A stretch of DNA of 64,000 bases from Penicillus capitatus (taxonomy: Eukaryota; Plantae; Chlorophyta): NCBI GenBank assembly GCA_965649825.1, contig OZ287695.1, positions 1,413,188 through 1,477,187 on the forward strand, read 5' to 3'. Below, one piece after another: positions 49,910-62,185 of this stretch. The position numbers were made by a program, and so were the translations under genes. Positions within the stretch are counted from its first letter, which is position 1, and each line of letters begins with the position of its first letter. The notes beneath the pieces are model-generated. The model had not been told where the DNA came from. It ran no database searches and saw only the letters and a list, made by a program, of their open reading frames with translations.

Positions 49910-52111
49910 TCAGTTTCTGTCAAAGAAATTCCGAAATTGCTGTTTCTGTTTCTTCATTGCCGCCTTTCTCCGTTGCTTGTTCTTCAGAAGTATTCCTTGG
50001 ACTTCACTCTCCAGAGAGGCATCCAACTTCTGAACCTGCTTCAAATCCTCCTCCGCCTCATCGTAGTCGCCATGGAGAGAATAAGCTTTGGCCCGTCTCA
50101 ACAGAACTTTTGCATTCTCATCATCCACCCTTTCAAAACCGGCTGAGCACAAATCTGGTACGTACTCACGCCTCTCACTTTAGCGCTTTGTTGCACCAGT
50201 CGACAGCTGTCATGTATTCTCCATCCTGAATGGAACATGATGCCAGATTGCTATAGCAGACCGATGTCAGGCTCTCGGCCTCTTGGATCTGTTCGTCTGT
50301 TTCAAAGTCATGTACTGCTCTCAGTTGCTGCACGATCTATATCATTCTAGCAATTCGACATCTTCCACACTTGTGCTCATTGGCTTACTGTTTTGTACTT
50401 GTTGGAGGCCAACTGAGTAGCGCCTTCTTTGTATAGCTTGTTGGCGATGCTTTTCATCTTTTGACCTTCTTCAAGCATCTCTCGTGCAGAGATTCCTGCC
50501 CATTGCATTCCTTTCTCGAAACGGACGAGCTCTACTTCAAATTCCACGTCGTCTTCGGCAGAAATGCCATCAGGAACGTGGCAACGTGTGTTTGCATTGT
50601 TGTAGGCACAATCGGCGACGCATTCCACTCGACTGACTTCGCCTGGTAACATCAAATGTATGCAAGCTTCTAAACCGACAGGCAAATCGCCACAACCTGT
50701 GCAAGCATAGACTGTCAAGCATGGCAAAGAAGCCGTGCAGAAACCGAGGTCCACAACGAGAGGCTCTCCGGAGTTGGCAGCTCGCGAGTCGAAGCTCCAT
50801 TCGGACGATACTGGCTGATGAACATTCGCCTTGTCGCCACAACTGTAATTCCATTTCCTGACTTTGTAGTGCACCGACACTCTACAGTCCTGCAGAGGAC
50901 AGTCCGAAGGAAAAGTGCCTCGTCCATCCATCAGACGATACTTCATGATCCTTCCATCTCCATATATATCCCGTACCTATACATATCCATCACTCTCGTT
51001 TCAAACCCCGTCTCAAATGGACGACCTGGATAACGCGCCGTATTCGAATCTCTGCTTCAAGTTGCAAGACGTTCTGAGGCAGCGATGGAAAGACAGAGGA
51101 CGGCAAATGCTGGTCATGCGAAACGGAGAAGATGCAGATCGAATGTTCATTCTGCACCATGCTGCCCAAACATGACTGGATCTCTGCGGAGAACGAGCAG
51201 CGACGTAAGCACATAACGACCAGCTGTGCCTACCAGAAGGAACGTTTTCGTCTCCCATTGTCAGCTCGATGGGCTCTTCCTTTGTTGCAAACAAGACTTC
51301 TCCCTTCTGCCGAATCCCATCGACCGATACCTTCCGCAATTCCATAGACACTTGAACCTGAAGAGCATTGCCATTCACGGCTTCCTGCATTCCGTGATGT
51401 GACTTTGTATGGTGGTCTGGGATTTTCGTATCCTTCTCCATCTGTCAGTACCGTCTTCAGGATGAAATCCGAAGATGATCCCATAACGGATATGACATCT
51501 CTTGGATCATACCAATTCAGCAACTGCACATCCATCATCATTTCGATGTCTTCATCGACATGTGCATCATCTGGCAGATGGAATTCGCACTCCTTGTGTC
51601 CAAAACCAAATTCTGGCTGGACTTTCAGAACGCGCCTCTCTCCTTTTCGCATTTCTGCCATCTTCAAACGTCAACAGCGTGTCTTGGAAGCGACGAACAT
51701 GCCTAAGAGGGCCATTTCCCATGCACGGGGCAAACGTGGAGATTTCATGAGAACAGCGGCGAATGGACAGCCTTCCGTCGTTTCATCTTCGGGACGCGTC
51801 GAAAACACAGCGTTGTCTTTTGCATCGCTGCGATAGAGCGAGAAATGAAAGTACACGAGCGAACCCTCCTGCGGCGTCGCATCGCCTTCGCCTTTCTGCA
51901 CCGTCGCTTCCAGAATTGCGCCAGAATTTAGTGCTGCCGCCTCACTATTGCCACACAAAGGCGTCATCGATAAGCAATGCAACGAAGCCGCCCACTTGTA
52001 TTTCTTCACTTCATCGTCTCGCAGCTTCGCAAACACAGGGGTCCAGATCCGAGGCGTCGGAGTTGCTCGACAGATGTCAAGAAATTCATAGAACGCGTTC
52101 CGAGGCGTCAT
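49910..52111 (-). CDS. PAS1: Multi-FKBP + TPR peptidyl-prolyl isomerase (PASTICCINO1/FKBP72-like), multi-exon
   Basis: Three FKBP-like segments, GEGYENPRPPY, DGRGTFPSDCPLQDCRVSVHYK (PAS1-type), and a TPR end KVLLRRAKAY. Confidence 0.82.
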
Positions 52112-52309
52112 TGCTCAGTGAAAACACCATCTGTTCGACAACGCATTGCATTTCGCTGTCGAAGATTGTACGACAGTCCTTTGTCTTGAAGGGGTCCACC
52201 AGAAAAAGCTATCACGTTACAAGGGACAGGCCACCTTGATTCACGAGACACTTTCCAACCTTGTTTCCTTTCTTCGCGTTCTCGCCCGCACCGCACTACA
52301 TTGCACTCG

Positions 52310-53870
52310 ATGTGGAGACAGAAGGTTCGTCGTGGACTTGCTTCGTACGTCTGGGAACAAACGCGGCTACTCAGTTGTACGTCGACGTCGTCCTTTTTGA
52401 AGGGTACCGCTGAATCCTGCGTACAGACGGTATCCCTCGAGTGCGATCGGATGTGTGATGTGGGTGTCGATTCAGGGTCTTGTAACTCAACATCTTGCTG
52501 TGGCGACAAGACAAGGTTCAGCTTCTTATTTCTTGAAAAGGCCTTTCGATTCGGAATCGCGTCGTGCCCAGACGCGTCTTCTCTATTATCCACTTTGTGC
52601 CATCGTCGCTTCGGGTAAACCGATGTCGTATGGGGGAGATGGCTCCTGCTGATGCGTTGTGTCTTGTAGCCTTCCTCGCTCTCGAGTCTAGAGCTTTTGG
52701 GGATGGAGGAATTGACGATTCGCAAATAAAGCTGCGCAAAATCTTGGAGTGTTTGGAATCGATCGAACAGAAAACCGATCTGCAGCGCATCTATATTCCT
52801 TCGCGACATCTGCGATTAATTGGCCAGCTCGATGAAGGTGCATGCGGGCAGATCTGGATTGGGGAGTTAAGAGATGGGGCAAATGTCGAAACGGTAAAGA
52901 TCTTGCTGAATGCAAAGAGGCTGCTGCAAAAACCATTGATCTGCCACAGGTCGCTGTCAAGGCCTTGTCTGAAGATACCCTCGATAACGAAGCCTTGGCA
53001 GAATTGATTCGTACCGAGGCAGAGGTCTTTCAACGAGTCTCTGTGCGATGTCATCATGTCTGTCGTTTTTACGGCGTCAGTATAAAGTGTGGGAAATTGT
53101 GCTTGATCATGAAACACTATCGGCGTTCGCTGTGGCAAATGATGCGCGAGAGAGGAGGGGGTCTACCTCTCGCCGACGTCAAAAAGTACGGAACGCAGAT
53201 CTGCAAAGGATTGGCAGAACTGCACGAACAAGGGATTATTTTGCAAGACCTGAAGCCAGCAAACGTGTTGGTAGATGATCTGGACAATGCTGTTCTAACA
53301 GATTTTGGATTGGCATCTGTGATCGACAAGGAAGGAGGCAGTGTGATTACGCCCTCCAAAGGAACACCATCTTACATGGCACCAGAAGCATGGGATCCCA
53401 AAGCTATGGGGGGCATGTCAACGGGGACAGACATCTGGAGCTTTGCATGTACAATTATCGAGCTTTTGACAGGGACAGCTCCGTGGTCAGGTATGGAAGC
53501 AGATGAGATTTGTACAAGAGTGAAAGATCAGAAGGGGCGTCCACCGTTGCCGACTGGATTGCCCAAGACATTGCGTACAGCTTTGGAAAAGTGTTTTGCT
53601 TATCACAGCTGCAGTCGTCCCAATGCCAAAGATCTACTTCGCGTGTTTCTATCTGAGTGGGAAGCATCTGATCAGCATCATTTTCAGCTTCCTCCGATGC
53701 CAGACATGGAAACGCCAAAGATGATTCCAGCTGAGCAATCATCTCTCTATTCTTTTGATCTCTATCCAGAATATGTCTTTGCTATACCAGAGGTTAAGCC
53801 ACTCTATGAGGTCGATCCAGAACTGTATAGAGGTGTCGTGCGTATGCAGCACCGCATTGATGGTATTTGA
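52310..53870 (+). CDS. Ser/Thr protein kinase, KEG-kinase-like
   Basis: GxG loop, VAVK, LQDLKPAN, DFG, GTPSYMAPEAWDP and DIWSFAC. The N-terminal exons were joined manually, so the start is less certain. Confidence 0.85.
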
Positions 53871-54041
53871 AGTCATCATTTACTTCTCTTGCAATCACTC
53901 TAACTCGAAAGTCGGTGACACGGATTATCTTGTGGGGGACCAGCTGGAATTCAAAATTTTGATACTTTCGTCCCATGATTCATTCGTTTCTGCTTCGAAA
54001 AAGTCGAAATGTAACGCGCTGACAAAATCGTCATTTTGACA

Positions 54042-57000
54042 ATGGCGTCGTCTCTGCATCGCTCCCGCCGTCTTTGGACTCTCCTTCCTCAGTATTTGCG
54101 TTATGGAACGTCACTCCAGCACCTCTCTTTCTCGACGTCGGCTCATGTTTTGGCGCCCGACCCGCCAACACCGGAGCCCGTTCCAATGCGGAAGCTTAAG
54201 GACAGTTTTCTTTACGGCACCAGCAGTGCGTACTTAGAAGAACTGGAGAAACGTTACCAGGAAGATCCTCACAGCGTCGACAAAACGTGGGCGTCTTTCT
54301 TTCAGTCGCTCGAACAGGGCGTCAAACCCGAAGCCGTAGCAGAAGCGTATCACGCATTTGAGCGCGGAGAAACGTTGGAGCCTCTTCGATCTGCTTCTCT
54401 CACAGCGCAAACGGTGCCAGAGAGTCTCAAACTTATGACACTCATTCGAGCCTATCAGGTTTGTGCATGTCTCTCGAGGTCATCCAGGAAGTAAGGACGA
54501 CTGACAGGTCTATGGTCATTTCAAAGCGGATCTCGATCCTCTAAAAATGGAAACGAGAAAACAACTGCCATACCTGGAGCCAGCCTATTACGGATTCAAA
54601 CCGGAGGATTACGAACGCGAGTTTGCATTGGGGACGATCGGATTGGAAGGATTTCTTGGTGTCTCTTCACCTGTTGTCAAACTCAAGGACATCATTTCGC
54701 GCCTCGGTGAAGTCTACTGTGGAAACATCGGATATGAATACATGCACATACCAAACAGAGAGAAATGCAACTGGATTCGTGAACGGCTTGAGCTCATCAG
54801 TGACGTAGACACGCTTGGCTGGAGGCTGTGTGCATGAACTGTGCTGTTTCAGGTGGAATTAACGAAAGAGAGGAGAATACACATTTTGGATCGATTGGCG
54901 TGGAGTGAACTGTTCGAGGAATTTTTGGCAACAAAGTTTTCAGCGGCCAAGAGATTCGGCCTGGAAGGATGTTCGGTGGCTGTTCCCGGAATGAAAGCTG
55001 CGATCGACAAAGCAGCAGAACTTGGCGTCGAATCTGTCGTCATCGGAACAGCCCATCGAGGTCAAATCCACCAAGCACTCAGCTATACGCATTGCATGGT
55101 GCCTACTATATTAGGTCGATTGAATCTCTTGGCCAATGTGGTGCGGAAGCCACTGCGAACGATTTTTGGAGAATTTTCTGGCACAGGACCAGATGGCAAG
55201 TTCGAAGATCTGGACTCAGGAGACGTGCCTTACCATCAAGGAACGAGTTACGATCGACCAAGTCTGTCAGGCTCCATGCTGCACTTGTCTCTATTAGCCA
55301 ATCCAAGTCATCTCGAAGCAGTCGATCCGGTCGTCCTGGGCAAAACGCGTGCAAAGCAGCATCACGACAGAGATTTTGATCGCACGAAGAACATGCCGAT
55401 TTTGCTTCATGGTGACGGAAGCTTCTCTGGACAGGGGCTCGTTTACGAAACCTTTCATATGAGCGAATTGCCAGACTACACCGTCGGTGGAACGGTGCAC
55501 ATCGTTATCAATAATCAAGTGCATTCTTTGGCCGGACAAAAACGGAAAAGAGATGTATGAATGTTTGTGGTGGTGCAGTTGGCTTTCACAACAGATCCAG
55601 GAAAGGGGAGAAGTTCGACCTACTGCACAGATGTGGCCAAAGCCACGAACGCACCAGTCTTCCATGTCAACGGAGACAACGTCGAAGCAGTGGTGAAGGT
55701 GTGATGACCGCGACAGGGGCCTATGTTTGAGGGCAGTGATGTGACTAGGTCTGTGAATTGGCGGCGGAATGGAGACAGAAGTGGAAGTCAGATGTCGTCA
55801 TTGACATCGTCTGCTTCAGAAAGCATGGGCACAATGAGATCGATGAGCCCATGTTCACACACCCTCTGCTGTACAAGGTCGTCAAGAAGAAGAAGAACGC
55901 CTTGACACTATACCAGAACCAGCTCATGTCTGAAGGCATCATCGACCAGGTGCACGATAGAAGCTTCTACCGGAATGGGATTCAAGCACACCATATCCAT
56001 AGGAACATTGCGATGCCATGAGATCGCGAATCTTTTCCGAAATGTCAAACAAGTTGGAGGAGTCGAAGGATTACAAGCATCAGCCGCAGGAATGGCTGTC
56101 CAGTCACTGGAGAGGATTCAAGTCTCCTGAGCAAATGGCCCGTATCCGTTCAACAGGTGCCGTAGGAAGAGTTGGCAAACAGCCGCCCTCTCACAGACGC
56201 TTTCTCCTACAGGTGTCAAGATCGATATTTTAAGACAAGTTGGAACACAGATCACGACGATTGATCCGTCCATCACTCCTCATCGGCTAATCAAGAAAGT
56301 CTACCAACAACGGAATGAGATGATCACGAAGGGTCCGCCTCATCCTGCCTGGTCATTCGGGACTGTGTCTCTGTAGCGGACATGATGGGCGAGCTTGACT
56401 GGGGAATGGCAGAAGCTTTGGCTTTTGCTACTCTGCTCAGCGAGGGCAACCATGTCCGACTGAGTGGGCAAGATGTCGAGCGCGGAACTTTTAGTCACAG
56501 GCATGCTGTCATCCATGACCAGAACACGGCAGCGACATACACACCATTGAAGCATGTCTGTCGGGAGCAACACCCAGACCATTTCATCGTGGGCAACAGT
56601 CCATTGGCAGAGTACAGCGTTTTGGGTTTCGAGATGGGATACTCTCTGGAGAATCCTAACGCACTGGTGTTGTGGGAAGCACAATTTGGCGACTTTGCCA
56701 ACGGAGCTCAGGTCCGTCTGCTCTTCGGAGGCGCTCATCTGTCTACGCTCTGATGTTTACAGGTGATGATCGATCAGTTCTTAGTGGCGGGAGAGGCCAA
56801 ATGGAATCGTCAGTCTGGTCTTGTGCTGCTTCTACCTCATGGATACGATGGCCAAGGCCCCGAGCACAGCAGTGCCAGAATGGAGCGATTTCTGCAGATG
56901 ATCAACGAGGATGCCGATCGCGTACCGGAGATCGAGGAATCGAAATGGTTATCCGGAGCACATCTGGGCGTCCAGATTCAGAGCTCCAATTTCCAGATCG

Positions 57001-57735
57001 TCAATTGCACAACACCGGCAAACTACTTCCACGTTCTACGTCGTCAGGTTGCCGATCCCCCTCTCACGAGTGGCATTTACACTAGCAGTCGGTGTTTAGA
57101 TCCACCGTGAATTTCGGAAGCCGTTGGTTGTCTTTGCTCCCAAGAACCTTTTGCGGCATCCTGCATGCAAGTCGTATCTGTGGGAATTCGATGACATCCC
57201 AGATGACGAGGGCGTCCGAGGCGTGCGTTTCAAGAGGTTGATCATGGATGACAAGGGAATCCTTCCCAAACTGCGTGGACCTAATCCACCTGCCGAACCA
57301 GAGTTCAAGAGGGTTATCTTCTGCAGCGGCAAAGTCTTCTTTGACCTTCATGCCAGACGCGAAGAACTCAAGAGGGATGACATTGCCCTTGTCCGCATCG
57401 AACAAGTGCATCGTTTCTGCATCTCCTTATGGTATACTGACGATCTTTTTCCTTGTCAGCTGGCGCCGTTTCCTTTTGATTTGGTCTGTCGTGAACTTCG
57501 CCGATACCCCAATGCCGAGATTCTTTGGTGTCAGGAAGAGCCGGCAAACATGGGAGCCTATCGTCACTTCGAGCCGCGGATGTTCGCATGTCTGCGGAAT
57601 GAAGGGCGCGAAGTAACACCGCCGCTTAAGTATGCCGGGAGACGTGTGGCCTCCAGCCCTGCAACTGGCTTCAAGAAAGTGCACGTGCAGCAGCAGACCG
57701 AACTTGTCGACAAGGCGTTAGATCTAGACTTCTAG
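54042..57735 (+). CDS. OGDH: 2-oxoglutarate dehydrogenase E1, mitochondrial, multi-exon
   Basis: Motifs [65 protein letters not shown] and [23 protein letters not shown]. Confidence 0.98.
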
Positions 57736-59714
57736 CCTCCTGAGCATGTGTTGGTAATTGAATTGCAGAAACAGCATCTATGTATTCGTTGGATCGTCAT
57801 GCACAATGGTGTATTGAAGATGACCTCTGAACCAATGATTTGCTGTTCTCTCGAGTGAGAGCTGATTGCAGTTGTCAGTTTTATTTCTCCAAAGTCATGT
57901 CTCGAAGCCTCTCGAGATCTCTTACGGCCATGCTTACTCGTGCCACGCAAGTTTGTTCCTTTCCATGTTGAGGAGAACCTAGCGCCTCAATTCCCTTTGC
58001 TTATTTGCTGATGTCCTTCAATCAAACTATTGAATGGATTACGAATGAGTGAAAGAACTCTAACTATAAAGGTGTCAATGCGGTTGTCGTTCTCTTCTAT
58101 ATGTATCTCCAAAGACTTTACTTGCGTTATGCACGACATCCGTGTTCTCGAGCATCTGTCTCGTGGTGCACTTAGTCCGTAAGAAAGAGTGTCTTACCGT
58201 CTGCTGGAATCACGTTAAATTGAATCTGTGGAAAATGCTGTCAGCAAATAGCAACTGTCAACCAAGTCCAAGAGAGGTTTTGGGTAATGTCGAGATAAAG
58301 AGAGAGTGTTACCCACACAGGTAAGCAGTTCGAACAGGCGTTGTCACTCAACATCCAAGCAAACACCCTCGACGTGCGCGTTCACGATCAACTGTCATTG
58401 TTCTTCCGGCGAGTCGCGATCGGTCCATGTGATTGTGGTCAGTTTAATTGGTCCGTTCTCTGGGGGACAAGCTGATGTCTGTATTTCTGCTGCAAAGGAA
58501 CGGATTGGCAGACTGATGGATGATATCCAGCAGATCGATCGTATGACCGTTTTGAGACAACAATCATTTTAACAAACGATGCTAGGAGAGACAGATGATC
58601 ATCATCTTGTCCGTACGATGTTCTGAGAGCACTCGGATGATGTATTCTATGTTGCCCGGTCTCCATGACCGCCACCGTGAAGTCGTTCCTGGGCCCAGCG
58701 CTGAGAACTCTTAAAGAATTTTGGCGATCTCAGCCCACTGCTGGAAGAGGACACTGGCATCAACATCGAAAGACTGCGTGAACAGACGTGTATTCCAAAC
58801 AACACGTAGGGTTACACCAATCAGTGCCCCGAAATGCATCTCTCCAGATCCATGTCTGCATGCAGAGCAACTCGTCCATTTCTCCCTGCTGCTGCGATCA
58901 TACTTACTGGCTTGACCTGCTTCGTCACGTAGACATCGATCAAAGCACAGATCGCTCCCCGAGTCGTTGCAGCACCACAGCGAGATCCAGATCTTGCGGC
59001 ACTCTGTCTTACAGTCGCCGCCGCTTCTCATGCTGTCTTGGGCCAAAGCAAGTCGTCGACGGCTTCGCAGAAGGAGCAGCATTTCTCGCACAGCCGATGC
59101 AAAACGCGATTGGCTTTCACTGGCCAAAGCGGTCGAGGACTGCCGTAGCACTCGATGCCGCGAGCGAACTTGAACTGAAACTATGGTTCCGGGGCCGTCT
59201 GGTCGTCGCAGAAGATCGACCGTTCCGTTCCGCCTTCCATGTTCGAGAGAGTTAGCGCCATGGACAACTCCTGGAACCGATTTGCGTTACACCGCGCAGA
59301 TCGCCCTGTCGACGGCGTTTGCGACGGAAACGCCCGAAACAGACGGCCGTCCAGACGCACAGTCCGTTCCGCTCCTGCGAAAGAGAACGCCCGCCGCGTT
59401 CCTCTGCCCAGGCAACGCGGAGCTGGCTCGAGCGGTTGGCCGTTCGGAGAATCGCGTCGAAACAGCCGCAGAGAACGCATGCGCGTTACACTCAGAGCGG
59501 AACATGCCGACAAACTGTAAGGAATCTCTTCTGTAAAACACTTAGAAAAGCTTCCAGAAGTGCTCTCCCTTTCGCGACGCGCATCCCGACGACAGTACTC
59601 TGCGCTTCTAGAGGTCTGGCGGCCGATCGTTTGTCCGGCGGCGCATGCAGCGCCGCCAAACGGTCACGGTTCCCAGCCGCCACCCGCAGGCCGCGCTCGG
59701 CAACCGAGGCGGCC

Positions 59715-59720
59715 TATAAA
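59715..59720 (+). promoter_or_regulatory. TATA-box-like element upstream of the orphan Pro-rich gene
   Basis: TATAAA in a GC-rich context, 86 nt upstream of ATG 59806. Confidence 0.4.
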
Positions 59721-59805
59721 GGTCGCGTCGCAGACCCTTCCGCACTGTCGAGTTGTTTGAACTCCCGCCTTCCTGTTTTCCAGAGCTCAAGCGAAGAAGA
59801 AGACA

Positions 59806-61030
59806 ATGGCTGACGAACGCATGTTCACAGAAGAGGACTACGGATATCCTGACAGACCGTGAGTCCACTGGCCATTCGTCGAAACGTCGCGCGCTGCAGA
59901 GCCTTTCGACTGCGGCTGGACACTCTCCACGAACACGCATGCGTCCGGCTGCAGTCGAGAAGCTCTGCAGCGCGCGACGTTTCGACGAACTCTTCTTCGA
60001 CTGATCTCTAACCATTGTGTGTTCCCAGTTTTGCCCAGGTTACGTTGAGGGAGGTCCTGGGAAGTCACCCGCCCAGGGCCTTCGTGAGATTGGACGAGGC
60101 CGCGCGCAGGGAGTTGTATTGGGATTTAAAATCCCGAACAACTGCCCAGAGGGGTCAAGCGCACATCGATGCGCAGACCCCTCCTGTGCGGTTTGGACCC
60201 AATAGGGTCCAAACCCCACAGCCGCGGCCTGTGCGACGGGCGAGGGTCCTGTCCTCTGAGGACAGGAGAGCGCGGCTGGCCCAACAGGGCCAGCCTGCTG
60301 CTCCGCCGCCACCTGCGCGCCCTGCATCGCCACCTGCCCAGCACCCAGCTGCATCACATGTCTTGCAGCGCGCTCCTCCGCCGGCCTCCCAGCACAGAGC
60401 TCCTCCGCCACAGCAGCCAGCAGCGCCGCCGCCGACCTCGCAGCCGGCAGCTCCTCCTCCACAGCACCCAGCAGTGCAGCCGCCGACCACACAGCCGGCC
60501 GCTCCTCCTGCCTGGCAGCCTGGCCAGCCGCCCGTCATGGAGTGGTCGCCTGCTTCCCCAGTCACGCCGCCTTTCCAGCCTCCAGCCGCCAATCCTGTCG
60601 AGTCTCCTGACACGGAGTGGGTCCCGGTTCCCTGTGCGCAGCCCGTTTTCTCCCTGTCCTCTGTGCAGCATGACCGAGCTCCTCTGTTCCCTCCAAGGCC
60701 GGCTGTGTTCTGCATTCCTGCCTCACCTGCCCCCATAATTCCATCTCGCCCGTGCTTTTTCTCCCTCCCGGCTTGTCCATCTCCCTTCCCTCAGCGGACA
60801 TCAGTTTTTCTCCCTCCGGCAACCGCCCCCCATCCCTCCCCGCAACTCAATTTTTCCGGTCAGACGACCTGGATTCCCTCCCCGTCCGTTTTTCATGTCG
60901 GGCCAGTGCATCACCATCTGCCCCCCAGCCATCCCGCAACGACTGTTCTTCATGTCAGGACAGTGTGTAAGCAAGCCACTCTCTTCTTTAGTCTCTCTCA
61001 TGCTCTGTTTGTTCTGCAGGTTACTATTGA
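59806..61030 (+). CDS. Orphan Pro/Gln-rich protein, three exons (possibly element-borne)
   Basis: Exon 1 MADERMFTEEDYGYPDR ends at a GTGAGT donor (59859). A CTAAC branch point (60008-60012) and AG (60027-28) join it in frame to the long ORF. A second intron, GTAAGC..TGCAG at 60967-61019, precedes a TGA stop at 61028-30. Confidence 0.55.
59875..59989 (+). repeat. Near-perfect inverted repeat (47-bp stem, 21-nt loop) inside an intron
   Basis: TTCGTCGAAACGTCGCGCGCTGCAGAGC pairs exactly with GCTCTGCAGCGCGCGACGTTTCGACGAA (28 bp). The inner 19 bp has 3 G-U pairs and 1 C-A mismatch on the plus strand. Confidence 0.95.
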
Positions 61031-61279
61031 AAATTAGCATGAATTAGGGGCCGATCTCTGGAGTTTTTTGTGCAAGCTGTTTCTCGGGGGTAACAAAAAT
61101 ACATAAAAGAACAAATATTTTTCTCCTCTGTCTATAATCTCACACCTTTTTAAGTGTGAGAAAAAATAAAAATAAAAAAAAGATTAACAGGGGCTGTTTT
61201 TCTTTCTTGTGGAGTCTCACTGCCATTCCACCTCCGCTTTGTTGTGGATGGCCTTGTGGTAGCTGTTGTTTACTTGGAA

Positions 61280-61644
61280 GCTGGAGGCGGCCTATACTTT
61301 ATGTCTATCTCAGTGGACGCTGGAGGCTGCCCATAGTGTGTGTCTGTCAATCTCAGTGGAGGCTGGAGGCGGCCTATACTTTATGTCTATCTCAGTGGAC
61401 GCTGGAGGCTGCCCATAGTGTGTGTCTGTCTATCTCAGTGGAGGCTGGAGGCTGCCCATACTTTATGTCTATCTCAGTGGAGGCTGGAGGCGGCCCATAC
61501 TTTATGTCTATCTCAGTGGAGGCTGGAGGCGGCCCATACTTTATGTCTATCTCAGTGGAGGCTGGAGGCGGCCCATACTTTATGTCTATCTCAGTGGAGG
61601 CTGGAGGCGGCCCATACTTTATGTCTATCTCAGTGGAGGCTGGA
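61280..61644. repeat. Tandem array 1: 39/43-bp unit, about 9 copies
   Basis: Unit CTATCTCAGTGGAGGCTGGAGGCGGCCCATACTTTATGT starts at 61305, 61348, 61387, 61430, 61469, 61508, 61547, 61586 and 61625. Confidence 0.97.
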
Positions 61645-61649
61645 AACCT

Positions 61650-61900
61650 GGAGGCCGTCGATGATTACCAACCTGATGTCTTGCTGCTGTCGGAGGCCCT
61701 GGAGGCCGTACAGGATTACCTACCTCATGTCTTGCTGCTGTCGGAGGCCTGGAGGCCGTCATGGATTACCTACCTCATGTCTTGCTGCTGTCGGAGGCCT
61801 GGAGGCCGTCATGGATTACCTACCTCATGTCTTGCTGCTGTCGGAGGCCTGGAGGCCGTCATGGATTACCTACCTCATGTCTTGCTGCTGTCGGAGGCCT
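61650..61900. repeat. Tandem array 2: 50-bp unit, 5 copies
   Basis: Unit GGAGGCCGTCATGGATTACCTACCTCATGTCTTGCTGCTGTCGGAGGCCT starts at 61650, 61701, 61751, 61801 and 61851. Confidence 0.97.
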
Positions 61901-62185
61901 GGAGGCCGTCCTGGATGTCGTATCCCTGCGTCTCGCTGTGACTGGCTGCTGTATTGGATGCCCCTGATGATCTGATTGCCTGCTGGCGGCTAGTGGAGGC
62001 CCGTCTTGGATTACCTATCCCTGCGTTCTCGCTGTGACTGGCTGCTGTATTGGATGCCCCTGACAATCTGTTTGCCTGCTGGCGGCTAGTGGAGGCCGTC
62101 CTGGATGTCATATCCCTGCGTCTCGCTGTGACTGGCTGCTGTATTGGATGCCCCTGACAATCTGTTTGCCTGCTGGCCGCGAGTG
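61901..62185. repeat. Tandem array 3: 94-96-bp unit, 3 copies
   Basis: Unit GGAGGCCGTCCTGGATGTC..CTCGCTGTGACTGGCTGCTGTATTGGATGCCCCTGA..GGCGGCTAGT starts at 61901, 61995 and 62091. Confidence 0.95.

Noticed and set aside
52108-52809. 233-aa minus-strand ORF abutting PAS1
   Set aside because: It overlaps the kinase 5' exons on the opposite strand, has no recognisable domain, and is not in frame with PAS1.
59859-60028. The hairpin intron as a classical mirtron or a MITE
   Set aside because: The stem ends are 16 and 39 nt from the splice sites, so it is not a mirtron. There is no target-site duplication or internal region typical of a MITE, although a foldback relic cannot be excluded.
61280-61900. 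Regular 39- and 50-bp repeats as a CRISPR array
   Set aside because: The units are head-to-tail with no unique spacers, there are no cas genes, and the context is eukaryotic.
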